Source of the DNA: Octopus sinensis
Lineage: Eukaryota
Assembly (NCBI RefSeq): GCF_006345805.1
Contig: NC_042998.1
Location: 1,736,001-1,800,000, forward strand
Direction: 5' to 3'
Length of the DNA: 64,000 nt
Position numbers and translations under genes: made by a program. The notes beneath the pieces are model-generated. The model saw only the letters and a program-made list of their open reading frames with translations, did not search any database and was not told the origin of the DNA. Shown piece after piece: positions 51,901-64,000 of the stretch (the first letter of the stretch is position 1; each line of letters begins with the position of its first letter).

Positions 51901-52996
51901 TGCAAGGCAATTAGCTCTGGCTCTGGTTCTATATCGATTCTACCAAAATAAGAAGAATTTCTAAAATAAACACAATATTACACACAATTCTTGAGGGGAA
52001 AGAAAAAGGGTTGAATACCTGGTTTGGTTTTACTCCCTGAGTGATGAAAGGCAATGTCAGTCTCGATGAGAAATGATACGAATGGATGTAGAAGGAGATT
52101 TGGCTGATATTTCTAGCAAATCGAGTGTCCACGTACAGTTTCACCTGTTAGCTTACTTTATTGTTTCTAGTTTGTTTTCTGACACCACGTTTCTTTATTA
52201 TTGTTGATGTTGTTATTTATCCCCAGTTCCGTCCAAAATGCTCCAATCGTATTTTTCGACATTGTATCTAGAACTACATTATTTAATGCCCTTATTTGGA
52301 GGTGGGGGTTAAGATGGTATGCTGCGGTTTGTCAAGAATTTGACTGCTATTTTCAGCCGATAGAGCAACCGCAAAGAGACTCTTTGTCTTTGGTTTGCAT
52401 TTGTTGATTGAGCAGACTGGTGATCAAAGTCGTCCATCCTTTTTTTGTAAAGCCAATAGTAGGAGTGTTTTGAAGAGGATTTAGCTGCTATTTCTAATAT
52501 GTCGAGGCTCCCTTGTTGACTTGAGAATTCATTTGCTATTGTTGTTTAGCCTCAGCAGAACCTTCATTGAGGAGACTTAATTATTTGTTGTTTCTAAGGC
52601 TGTATTTATTCATCGAATCGTTTGAGTATTGGACAACAATACTTTGAAAGTATTAAGTCGGGTTTTCCTTTCAAAATTCTGGCCAGGGTCTAACTCAGCC
52701 ACTTTTCTGCGATGGCTTTCTGAGCCTTTCTCAAAACAATACAACTGAAAGGAATAAATTGGCTTTGATTGGGAATCGAACCAAAACTCGGGTACTCACC
52801 GCTGTCCTTCAGCCCTTTGTTCCAATAAATAATAATGATCTTGTGCAGAAAAAATAAATAAATAAATTGAAAGATTATTTTGTTTAGCCCCCGGTCAGCT
52901 CTGATCAAGCATCTCTCTCTTAAGATTAAAACATTCAACCCAAGACCTTACTAACTTTTCTTTTCTTTCCTTTTTTTTTTTTTTTGCAGAAATTCA

Positions 52997-53330
52997 TGTG
53001 GCACCTTGGGCAAGTGTCTTCTGCTATAGCCCCGGGCCGACCAATGCCTTGTGAGTGGATTTGGTAGACGGAAACTGAAAGAAGCCCGTCGTATATATGT
53101 ATATATATATATATATGTGTGTGTGTTTGTGTGTCTGTGTTTGTCCCCCTAGCATTGCTTGATAGCTGATGCTGGTATGCTTATGTCCCCGTTACTTAGC
53201 GGTTCGGCAAAAGAGACCGATAGAATAAGTACTGGGCTTACAAAAGAATATGTCCCGGGGTCGAGTTGCTCGATTAAAGGCGGTGCTCCAGCATGGCCGC
53301 AGTCAAATGACTGAAACAAGTAAAAGAGTA
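52997..53330 (+). mobile_element. 5'-truncated SINE family B
   Basis: Starts at the CORE-like segment; consensus 3' end. Confidence 0.85.
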
Positions 53331-54539
53331 TCTAGGATTACATGTATTCCATGGGGGTCCTTTTTATAATATTAGACTGTGTGGTTTGATAGAGATCTTG
53401 CTGCTATTTCTAGTATGTGTTGTAACTACTTAGAGGCTCTTAGATGGTGCGTTGATAGAGAGGCGAGGGGCGAGAGGAGAGGAGGTGTGCAATGGAAAAC
53501 ATTGCAAATCACAAACGTACACTTATGCTACACAAACATAGTTTTACGCATATACACACACAGCTTCACGCAAGCATATACACACACACAGCACATTACA
53601 TTGACGCATCACCGTACAATGTCTAACAATAGCAACTGGTATAATTGTATCTGATGAATCAACCAACATTGACATAATGTCATGACTAGTGATTTGACTA
53701 ACTTGTGAGAGAGCTGTGGGATCAATTTAGTAATACTCGTTACTTCATGTTTTATGCATTTAGACTTATCCCGATGCAATTCGCAGATCCCGACTTAGTT
53801 TTCTGTCTCATGGACAGTGATTTCATCGACTCATAAAACTGAGCGTTCATCCTTCCTGAAGTTGATGAAATAAAATATGTAACAAGCTCGCAGTGAGTTC
53901 GATTCGATCGATACAGAGTAAGTTGCTCAGTCATTGACTACTAGACCAATGAGTGCATGCGGTCGCTCAACTTTGCTAGAAATAGTAGTCAAATTACCTT
54001 CAAACCACACTTTGTCTTCTTCAAAACAGAAGATCGTGTTGGGCAACACAGTTCTAAATATTCAAAAAGATAGGATAGTCATGGCTGGAATGCCTTTGAC
54101 AGTAAATCTGCTCGATCAAGGTTCACTTACGGCTAAATACTATACTAAATTCTCTTCCATCCCTCATACCCCGTTCACTGAATTGTTGATTGTGTCTTTG
54201 ACCCATGTTAGACACGATCCAACAAGCTCTAAGATCAAATTCGTTCCAGCCATGACCAGCCCGTCTTTTACTCAGGCCTAAGTTATCTGGACTACCTTAT
54301 CTAAAAACGGTAGATTATGAATAATCTGATTTCACATTTGGTTACTCTTTTTAAATAAGTCGAGGCAACTGCGCTGAAACAGTCTCGTTGGCAACGGTCG
54401 GTTTAACGTTTGAGTGGTTAGCATAGGAAAAAGTAATTCGATTTATTGGCAAAATTTTATTATTATCAACAGTAAAGTGTTTACCGACTACTTCAAGTTG
54501 TGTGACAAGAAATTTTAATTCATTAATGTGAAACCCGTA

Positions 54540-54930
54540 GTAAAAAGGAAAATTAACAATAACTCTGAGCACCTTTTCAAACTCCACCTGTCTAACACCC
54601 GTGGACATGTTTACAAAGTCAGAATACAGCACAGCTCCCATGACTTTTGGAAACATTTTTTCACGCTAAGAGTTGCTGAAGCATGGAACAAACTGCCAGC
54701 ATCAGTTGTTAGTTGTCGGAGCACTGCATCCTTCAAAACTTCCATGCTTCCTGAGATTCGCCAACACTACACCTGATTTTCTCCCCTCCATACACACGCA
54801 AGCATGTATCTGACTCATACACTGTTCACTTCCCAGACATTTCTACATTACTGCATGTGCTTTATACGCACTTTTGACAAGTTGTGGTGCACCTGAGCAC
54901 TGTATACAATAATTTCATTATATTATTATT
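54540..54930 (+). mobile_element. 3' end of a CR1-type LINE
   Basis: NTRGHVYKV..KHFFTLRVAEAWNKLPASVV..STASFK* is the CR1 ORF2 C-terminal signature, followed by a 3' UTR and an (ATT)n-like tail. Confidence 0.85.
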
Positions 54931-55334
54931 AACCTTGTCCTCAGTGACTAATTCTGATCAGGAAAGGTAGGGGAGACGAACTTGAATATAATTTTGAATA
55001 AATGTGGAGTATAATAAGTATAATATTTGTAATATGATGACAACTTCGAACTTGTTAAACTTTCGAACTTGTTAAACTTCATCAGCAAACTATGGTTTTA
55101 ATGATTAGTGCCAGATCTTGGAATGATTTGAAAGAATATTAGCATCTTAGTGAATGAACGAACACTAGGTGTCACTAATAACTGAATGTCTGTACGGTGG
55201 TAACTGTACAAGCAGTAAGCCTTTTGACGGACATATGTCTTGCGTTTGGTCCTATTAGATTTCGTCAGCAAAGTACAGGGTAATAGTTGCTACTAAATCT
55301 TAGAATGATGACTGGAGAGCAATTAGTAGTAGTG

Positions 55335-55364
<30 letters not shown>

Positions 55365-55365
<1 letters not shown>

Positions 55366-55580
55366 AAAGGCGGCGAGCTGCCAGAGACGTTAGCACGCCG
55401 GGCGAAATGCTTAGCAGTAAATCGTCTGCCGCTACGCTCTGAGTTCAAATTCCGCCGAGGTCGACTTTGCCTTTCATCCATTCGGGGTCGATAAAAATAA
55501 GTACCAGTTGAGCAATGGAATCGGTGTAATCGACTTACCCACTCTCCCGAAATTGCTGGCGTTGTGCCAAAATTTAAAAC
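55365..55580 (+). mobile_element. SINE family A monomer, tail-2 type, flanked by (AGT)n
   Basis: Full head, body and tail-2. Confidence 0.85.
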
Positions 55581-55739
55581 CAGTAGTAGTAGCAGCAGTA
55601 GTAGTAGTAGCAACTGCAAAACGATTTTTATGTGGTTTAGAGAACAGAATCTGATTTTTTTTTCTTCTTTACCTAAGTTTGTAAGCAAGCATTTGTTCCA
55701 GTCTTTTAGGGTTTGATATCAATTGTCTCCTTCTTCCAT

Positions 55740-56400
55740 TGCTGCTGTGCTCTTTCTGCCAACCATTAACCTTACCAACTCTGTTGCATATTTAGGAAAC
55801 GTCCTATGTTTAGGGATAGGGATAGATTTTTTAACAATAGCCGTACTAACTGCCTGGTTTGGTATACAGCATTGAAAATGTTCATCTAGACTCGTAAAGC
55901 TGATATTGATACAGTTTGTTATATTAATATGATTGCCTGAGAAATTTTAGATGAGTTCGAACATAAATACAAGTATAATAGACCCAACTTCAATTGTCGT
56001 TTTGGGAATGCAACAGAAGTTAGCTTAGAGAAATCAATACAAAACAGGACACAAGAGTTGATATTTTACATTTGTTTAATAAACACATAAAAAAAAATAC
56101 CTTAATTTGTTTAGTTATTAAATCTTAGACTGAACCAGTTAATCCATTCGTCTTTGCTCCACAGGTGAACATTATTTGCTCTTCAGGTACGCTTTCAGAT
56201 GTAATTAACTGACTCTGTTTCGCTAACTGCCTGCAGGGGTATTATAATGACTGTACCATTTTTAGCACAGAAAATTGCTGCCACATATAAGATGCATTTT
56301 GGACATCTACAAGATCAAAGTGATTTAAGTATGATACAAAAATCAATAATCACATTAGGATATTTTAGAGAAACTGGCGAGTACGCGTGGAGAATCCCAC
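55740..56400 (-). mobile_element. Decayed RTE-like LINE RT fragment
   Basis: Minus-strand VPEEQIMFTCG (cf. LPEEQAGFRKG) and FCIDFSK (cf. FIDFSKAFD) in the right order. Confidence 0.5.
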
Positions 56401-56540
56401 GGGTGATAAATATTTAGTTTTATAGTTAATTGCTTTCGACAAACAATAAAGGAACTAATTGAATAAAATGCATTCTCTTTATCATTAGACAGATGTATAG
56501 ATAGATAATAGATAGATAGATAGATAGATAAGTAGGTAGG

Positions 56541-56607
<67 letters not shown>

Positions 56608-57508
56608 GAGGTAGGTAGGTACGTACGTACGTACGTAGGCAGGCAGGCGTGTGTGTGTAAAATCAGCAGTCCAAATTAATGCGCATTTCTACTCAATAGA
56701 AATGGTAACTAAGCTACCTGTTAGTGTTTCCATGAAATATAGACAACGTGAAAATGTCAAAGCTCAGCTAAACTAACCGACATATCAATACTTCCACGAA
56801 ACTCAGTTACATTCAAAGTACCACAACAGCAAAATGCTTGGGACAGACAACGAAAGTGTGCGTGAGAGAGTTAGAAACATTGCTAATTGTATTATTAGAA
56901 GTTTGATCATTGTGATCAGTGAATAAATCTTATGTTTCGGACAACGGTTCTTTGAGAGAGCATTATTATAATGTCTGGTGAAAGAGTCAAAAGAAATGAA
57001 TAGGTTAAAACGTGGCGAAGGGAAATGGATGAGGTTATTGCAGAGAATGAGAGCTATGGCGAGGGAATGAGTATGGATTGTGAGGGAGGAAGGCCGAGGG
57101 GTGGGTGGGTGGGTGGTATGAAAGGAAGAGTGGCGACTGAGTTAGCCAGCGGCAATACTTAGTTGCACAGTTACTAGCCAAGAAATCGGCGAGTGATGCA
57201 AAGAAAAGTTCGATGATTGTTTGACAAAATCTGGTGGGAGTGGATGAAAAACGCACGCCGGCAAGCAACCCTTTCGGGAGCCTGCACGTGGGCGCTTGAC
57301 CTGCTGGAAATTGCAACTAAGTCTCCTTTAAATCACGCCCTATCGTCTTCAAAAACAAAATGAATAGAACACATTGAGCAATTTAGTCATTGGTACACAA
57401 AAAGACATGACAGGCATGGCTGGAAGGCCTCTGATCGTAATTCTCCTCAATCATGACCTGATGAGGAGCTAAACTTTTTGCTTTCTTAAATATCCATCAA
57501 TGACTGCA

Positions 57509-57765
57509 GCCTTCAGTCCATGTCGAAATGTTATTATGATGTTATTATCCTCAACTAGTGTGAAAACATTTCGAGTCACTGAGTCGTCAATATCCTCAAC
57601 CAATGTCAAAACATGATCGTGACGTCAGTACCCTCAGTCAATGTCAAAACATTTAATGTCACTGTCTTCAACTAATGTCAAAAAATATCGTGAACTCAAT
57701 ATCCTCAGCCAATGTCAAAACATTTTCCAGTCACTGTTCTCAGTTGATGTCAAAATGTCGTCATT
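57509..57765. repeat. Degenerate minisatellite, 7 units with core CTCA-N4-TGTCAAAAC
   Basis: Cores at 57521, 57559, 57604, 57642, 57676, 57713 and 57748 (spacing 34-45 bp). Confidence 0.8.
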
Positions 57766-57819
57766 ATCTTAAGCTTAGTTTATGATATAGGCTCAATACT
57801 TGACTATATATTTCAGCAG

Positions 57820-58175
57820 GCACAGGAGTGGCTGTGTGGTAAGTAGCTTGCTTACCAACCACATGGTTCCGGGTTCAGTCCCACTGCATGGCGCCTTGGG
57901 CAAGTGTCTTCTTCTATAGCCTCGGGCCGACCAAAGCCTTGTGAGTGGATTTGGTCGAGGGAAACTGAAAGAAGCCCGTCGTATATATGTATATATAGGT
58001 GTGTGTTTGTCTCCCCAACATAGCTGGACAACCGATGCTGGATTGTTCGGCAAAAGAGACCGATAGAATAAGTACTAGGCTTACAAAGAATAATTCCTGG
58101 GGTCGAGTTGCTCGACTAAAGGCTGTGCTCCAGCATGGCCGCAGTCAAATGAATGAAACAAGTAGAAGAGTAAAA
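57820..58175 (+). mobile_element. SINE family B
   Basis: Near-consensus with an internal deletion. Confidence 0.85.
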
Positions 58176-61096
58176 GACCAATTGGAATTACAATAAACTG
58201 ACAAATCCGGAGTCTTGTATCACGTGTCATTATTTTATTCTGATGTGACTGAACAGTTGTTTATCCTAGGATCAATCTCAGTTGAATCGACAGAGCTTTT
58301 ATGAGAGGCATTCAAGCAGTGACCATCCTACCATTTTGTCGGGGAATTTAAGGTTAAATTATGAGGTTTTCGGGGGGGAGGTTTACTTTCTGAAGATGGA
58401 AATGTATGATTTGAAGGAAATTTAACTACTATTTCTAACAGTCCTTGTTACCGACCACGTAAAGAGTCCTTTCGTTGGCCTAATTGCTACGATGATATTG
58501 TCGCAAGTGGTGATTATAGCAATGGCAGTTGTCGTCATCGTCGTCGTGGTGGTTCTTGCAACCACGGTGGTGGTGGTGGTGGTGGTGGGGTGAGAGGGGG
58601 GGCTAGTACAACTGCTGTTTATATAACAACCCATCTATTTCCCTCCCAGTCGTTACACTGTTGTTTATACATGCGCAATATGCGTGTTACTTGGTAAATA
58701 TGTCATCTATTCTCGCATTGTTTTCTATATAAACTTAGTGTGCACGTGAATAATAGTTGTTAGGATTGTGAACATTTTCCACAGAAAAATTATCCTCAGT
58801 CTGAACAATAACCGTCAACACCACCGGCACCTCGGCGAACCAACCTCGGCACCATCCACCATCCATCTCGAATAGCAACCAGACCTCCATCCACTATAAA
58901 TAGACATTAAATAATGCATTCTGGGGTACATAAGTGCCTAAATTTTTTAAAAATATATATCCAAAAAAAAAGACGGTGTCGTTATAATTAGAATGCCTTT
59001 TGGTTGTTAGGTCCGGCCCTTTCAGAGATGAGGCGGGTCTGAACAACTGCTGTTTCCTTGTTATGTAATAGCTTATTTCATGTCCCGCTGTGACCGACTT
59101 TGTTTTTCTATCGATAAAATAATCGAATGTTTGTGGAGGTGAGAGGTTAGATTTTATTGGACCTACCCTCTCTCCAACATGTATCTCAGTTTCTTTCCAT
59201 GTACAGTTGGTTACCAACGGTCAATGCGATTCTTCTTGTTTACCTGCCTGATCGACATCACACTTGTCATCGAATCTTATTGTTAAGAATCTGCGTTCTC
59301 ATCAGTAGTAATGTCACTGCAACTTTCTTATTCGATTTACTTAGAGCGCGCGTGTACCTGTGCACATGCTGCTCTCTATATAAATAAACAGGCTCTTAAC
59401 GTGTTATCGTACCTGTCTTCAATGTGCTGTTAATTTTGAAACAACGCAAATACTGATAAATTGCGCACTTGATAATTGTAAGCCTGCACAGAATAAATAT
59501 GTTGATAGAGTTTTAGTTCAGGGATAGATAGAAATGTCACGATAGTAGAATTGGTGGCTTAGCTTGATGATAGCTCAATATCTGATATTGGTATATATAA
59601 ACAGATAAATACTTGACTCACTCTCTCTCTCTCTCTTCTCTCCCCCCCTCTCTCTCTCTCTCCCTCCCCCCTCTCTCTCTCTTTGACACGCCTATGAAAC
59701 GGCCATGTAGATAAATAAGGTACCAAACTTTCTATATGTCTATCAGGAGTTCAAACCTGTTTCTCGTATTTCGTTGTTTTCAAGCAGTATGCATTTCGCC
59801 TGCCGGACAAAATGCTTACTGGCATTTCTTCCGGCTTAATGTTCTGAGTTCAGATACCGCTGATGTCGACCATCTCTTCGATGTCGATAAGATGTTCCAA
59901 TGAAGCACTGGGGTCGTCAATGTAATCTATTTACCCACGCCCGTAAAACTGCTGGCCTTATGCTGGGATTTGAAACCCTTGTTTCACACTGCTTCCTGTT
60001 CATCTAATCGTCTCGAATTATCAAATCACCATCAGGGAATCTTTCTTGTGGTAGACCAGCGTCTATTCCAGGGTAGTCGTGGTGAATCTCTCGCCTGTTT
60101 CACGGCACGAAACCGCGGTTGAGTAAGCACTAACTCTGAGAACCAGTGAACAGATACTCAACCAGCCGTGCATGCATACATGTATCTCCTTCTCGTTATC
60201 GACGCCGTTTTTAATGAAGCAGGAAGTGTTAGGTCCTCATTCTTGACATTGATTTATATTTAATGTAAACTATTTAACATGACTGCCATCTGTTATTTCG
60301 CGATGAGGATATGTAATTTCATCTGACACCCATGTAGACAGATGCACAGGCAGAGACAAGTCAGACACGCCTGCTGACAATTATAAATACACAAACCTGC
60401 TGTTATATATACATACATTGCATACAACCAGTCACCTAAAACAAAATATGTACATCCATGGAAGTACTTGGTGTCGATGTGACCGACTAAACTCTTAAGG
60501 TGCGGTGCTTTCTTGCTCTACTACGGTAGTCGCAAACCAGTGCAAGTAAAATAGTGTGTGTGTGTGTGCGTGCACGAGTATGTATGTATATGTGTGTCTG
60601 TGTTTATGTCAGAAAGTTAAAAGCTTATTCGAATTTCGCCTTGATTGTCATGGTGGGAATTAAACAGAGACAGAGAGACTAACATTAACCAAATACTTAA
60701 TGGCTGTGTCCTTAACAAATTTGCTTCGCAACGCTGTGGCTTCAGGTTCGTTCCCGCCGCGTGACACTTTAGCATAATGTTGACCAATGTATAATAGCCC
60801 CAGGTTGACCAATATATTTCTGTACGTGTTTGCGTTTATGACCCGTGGCTTAGCGGTTCTCCGCGTATGGATAGTTAAAATAAGAAGTACCAGGCTTAAA
60901 ACTAGGTACTGGGGGTGGGGTCAATATCATTGACAAATGTCTGAAGGCAGTGCCCCAGCATTGCCGCAATCTAATAGCTGGAAACCACGAAAAGAAAGAA
61001 TAAGAGAATGCAATTGTTACATTTGTTTTGCAAATGTACGTGCCTATACAATATAAATAATTTTGATATGTGGATATATATATATATATACATATA

Positions 61097-61156
<60 letters not shown>

Positions 61157-61158
<2 letters not shown>

Positions 61159-61537
61159 TCTTTTACTTGTTTCAGTCATTTTGACTGCGGCCATGCTGGA
61201 GCACCGCCTTTAGTCGAGCAACTCGACCCCGGGACTTATTCTTTGTAAGCCCAGTACTTATTCTATCGGTCTCTTTTTCCGAACCACTAGTGACGGGGAC
61301 ATAAACACACCAGCATCGATTGTCAAGCAATGCTAGGGGGACAAACACAAACACACACACACACATATATACATACATATATACGACAGGCTTCTTTCAG
61401 TTTCCGTCTACCAAATCAACTCACAAGGCTTTGGTCTGCCCGAGGCCATAGTAGAAGACACTTGCCCAAGGTGCCATGCAGTGGGACTGAACCCGGAACC
61501 ATGTGGTTGGTAAGCAAGCTACTTACCACACAGCCAC
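61157..61537 (-). mobile_element. SINE family B
   Basis: Near-consensus reverse complement. Confidence 0.85.
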
Positions 61538-62671
61538 TCCTGTGCCATATATATGTATGTATGTATGTATGTGTGTATATGTATATTTATACCTATACAT
61601 ACATATACATATACAGATGCAAACATACATATATACATATATGCATACCTCCATACATGCATACACACACACATATATGTATGCATACATATGTGTATGC
61701 TTGTATGCCAACATGAATGAGACCCGAGTTTATCATTCGAAAGCAGATGGAATAAAACTGATCATAACAAATCAAATCGTTTGGAATTGAAATTTGCACT
61801 TAAAAGTCTGATTTTTTTGTTTTTATTATTTCTTATTTTTATTTTTTATTTTATATTTTTATTTCAATGATTTCAAACCAAAAAAAAAACAACTAACAGA
61901 AAGGAATGAGAAGAGAAAAAAAGCAGCAAATTTCTTAAAAGTACATGACCTATTCTGCCAGCTTTGTAGCTAATGTAGCTTATATATCTACCGTCGCCTT
62001 TTCGCGTCTAACCAACCACGTTGACACAACAGCTCTGAGGAGGAGGAGGCAGAGACTAGAGTCTGTTGATGCAATGAAGGATATCACACTTTATTTCTTT
62101 TCGTGTTTTTCGTATTTTTTATTGTTAAAGAAGCTAACCTCACCTTAGATACGGTCGAGCAGACAAACGATTGCCAACCTTAGCAATTATGGTTTTTTAA
62201 TTTTTTGTTTTCTTTTTCTTAGGTGTGCCCTCCCGTTTTTTTTTTTTTTCTTTTCTTTTTAATATAATAAAGTGTTGATATAAAGAGATTTGGTTGTTAT
62301 TTCTAGCAGGCCGGGGGACTAATTCAGAAGCGTCCGGTATTGACAGTAGATCATTCATAAAACCTGCGCTGCCACCGACTGAAGCTTTGGCATCGATCCC
62401 GCTTTGTTACAATTTTACGATTGCGTGAATGTTTCTTTGTTGGCGGGGGGGAGGGTTGTCGTTGTTGGTGTTTAATCCTAGGTCAGCCCTCGCCATATTC
62501 ACCTCCAACCCTTTTCATTTTTATTTGCTTTTGTCTTTTTTTTTTTCTTCTTCATACATAATTTATCTTGGACTGTATTTTATTATCCAATGATGCGGTT
62601 ACCTCTAATTTACGGGATCTACAAGCTATATACAACCGTTTGTAAAGGCCCCTTCTTTTTTGTCATTAATT

Positions 62672-63073
62672 AGGCGGTAAAGTGGCAGAACCGTTAGCAC
62701 GCCGGGCGAAACGCTTAGCGGTATTTCGTCTGCCGTTACGTTCTGAGTTCAAATTCCGCCGAGGTCGACTTTGCCTTTCATCCTTTCGGGGTCGATTAAA
62801 TAAATACCTATGTAATCGACTTAATCCGTTTGTCTGTCCTTGTTTGTCCTCTCTGTATTTAGGCCCTTGAGGGTAGTAGAGAAATAGGTATTTCGTCCGT
62901 CATTACGTTCTGTGTTCAAATTCCGCCGACATCGACTTTACCACTTTCCCTTTCGTCCTTTCGAAGTCAATAAAATAAGTACCAGTTGAAAACTGAGGTC
63001 GATGTAATCGATTTACCCCACCCCCACCCCACCCTACCCTCAAAATTGCTGGCCTTGTGGCAAAATTTGAAAC
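62672..63073 (+). mobile_element. SINE family A dimer: young first unit, older second unit
   Basis: Junction aaataggta|tttcgtcc at ~62890; second unit diverged, with tail-2. Confidence 0.85.
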
Positions 63074-63133
63074 TGATATATTCCACTCGTGACCGTCCCA
63101 TCTTGTGTATACGTGTGTGTGTGTGTGTGTGTT

Positions 63134-63299
63134 GAAGTCGTCTTTCTAGCATCATAGCTCCCATCTCGCCCCTGACAAATCAATGCACTGGGCCCTATTG
63201 ACAGCAAACCACAGCATATATAGATTAGAATCGGGCCCTTAGACTTGCAAGGCCCCAAATGCAAGTGTTGGTTGTCCCTATGCTATAAATCGGCGCTTG
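63134..63299 (-). mobile_element. Second copy of the 46096-46267 MITE family
   Basis: Shares the internal segment aaatcaatgca..gcaaaccacagc.tatatagattagaa with 46096-46267, in reverse orientation; ends degenerate. Confidence 0.55.
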
Positions 63300-64000
63300 T
63301 GTGTGTGAGAGAGAGAGAGGGGGGGTGAGAGACACTAGATTGTCCGATATCTCCCATTTTGTTTATATCTGAAGCGATATGATGGAGTAGTTTGAGAGAG
63401 AGGACCCGACTGATATTCTCTGTCAAGGTCCACTAAGTCGGTTTGGCAGCGTTACTTTGCTCTCCTTTGTTTGTTTTGATTAGTTCGATTTATCATCCAT
63501 CTCACCTGGAGTGCGCAGTTAGATAAATTTGTTTACCTGATAGTCTAAATGTCGCACACTACTACTACTGTTGTTGTTGTTCCTGGGGTGGGAAGGGCCT
63601 CTTGCGGGCGTTGGTTCGTGCAGGTGCACGAAAAATATTGTAAACAGACGGTTATTTACAAAATAAACAAGATCAGCGAAAGCAAAGCTCTACGTTTATC
63701 GCCGTTGTTTTCAGATTACTCATAAATTGCCTTATTAGATATAGTTATGTAATGTGTGAATATATGTATATAATGCTTTTGTTGACGCAAAACCTGAACC
63801 CGATTACACGCATACTACAGTTACTTATAATGTTTTGTTTGTTTGTTTTTCCTCTCTCCTCCTCCTCAAGGCCAGAATTTGTCAGTAAACGAACTGATGC
63901 TGGTGTCTAGCATTTCTTTTATATTATTCATTGTACTCTTGCTTATGCTTTTGTTTCTCGCTTTGCTCCTCGCCCTCCGTCGCCCAAACCTAGGCACTAC

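Noticed and set aside
56165-56328. Phase-compatible + strand exons (22 nt and 92 nt) that could follow MADNQ...
   Set aside because: They would need a 50-nt intron and lie antisense within a decayed RTE relic. Exonisation cannot be excluded without RNA-seq.
57509-57765. CRISPR array
   Set aside because: Repeats are degenerate and non-palindromic, there is no leader or cas gene, and the context is a eukaryotic intron.

Overview
AT-rich, microsatellite-dense eukaryotic (animal) genomic DNA. The SINE families and microsatellite content look like a coleoid cephalopod, most likely Octopus (recognition by eye, not a database result). About 95% is intron and repeat. Host-gene content appears to be a head-to-head gene pair whose inferred ATGs are ~650 bp apart near 35.6-36.3 kb. 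The minus-strand gene encodes a signal-peptide/signal-anchor protein: candidate exons 35634-35523, 34964-34902 and 93-40, all joined in phase 1, leaving the window at the left edge. The plus-strand gene has a first coding exon 36287-36329 (MADNQFSELDDDLT), and I found no convincing second exon in the remaining 27 kb. I cannot name either gene. The introns hold a fairly young 5'-truncated CR1/L2-group LINE, a complete but dead DD34E Tc1 element, an internally deleted Helitron, several old LINE relics, hAT-like and other MITEs, more than 35 tRNA-derived SINE copies or fragments, an ancient unclassified repeat and a 2.5-kb (CATA/CA)n array. The most unusual pattern is one SINE family ('A') that forms head-to-tail multimers with a fixed junction, apparently by inserting into its own older copies. 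No CRISPR array, rRNA or genuine tRNA gene was found. Most long ORFs in the supplied track are microsatellite artefacts.
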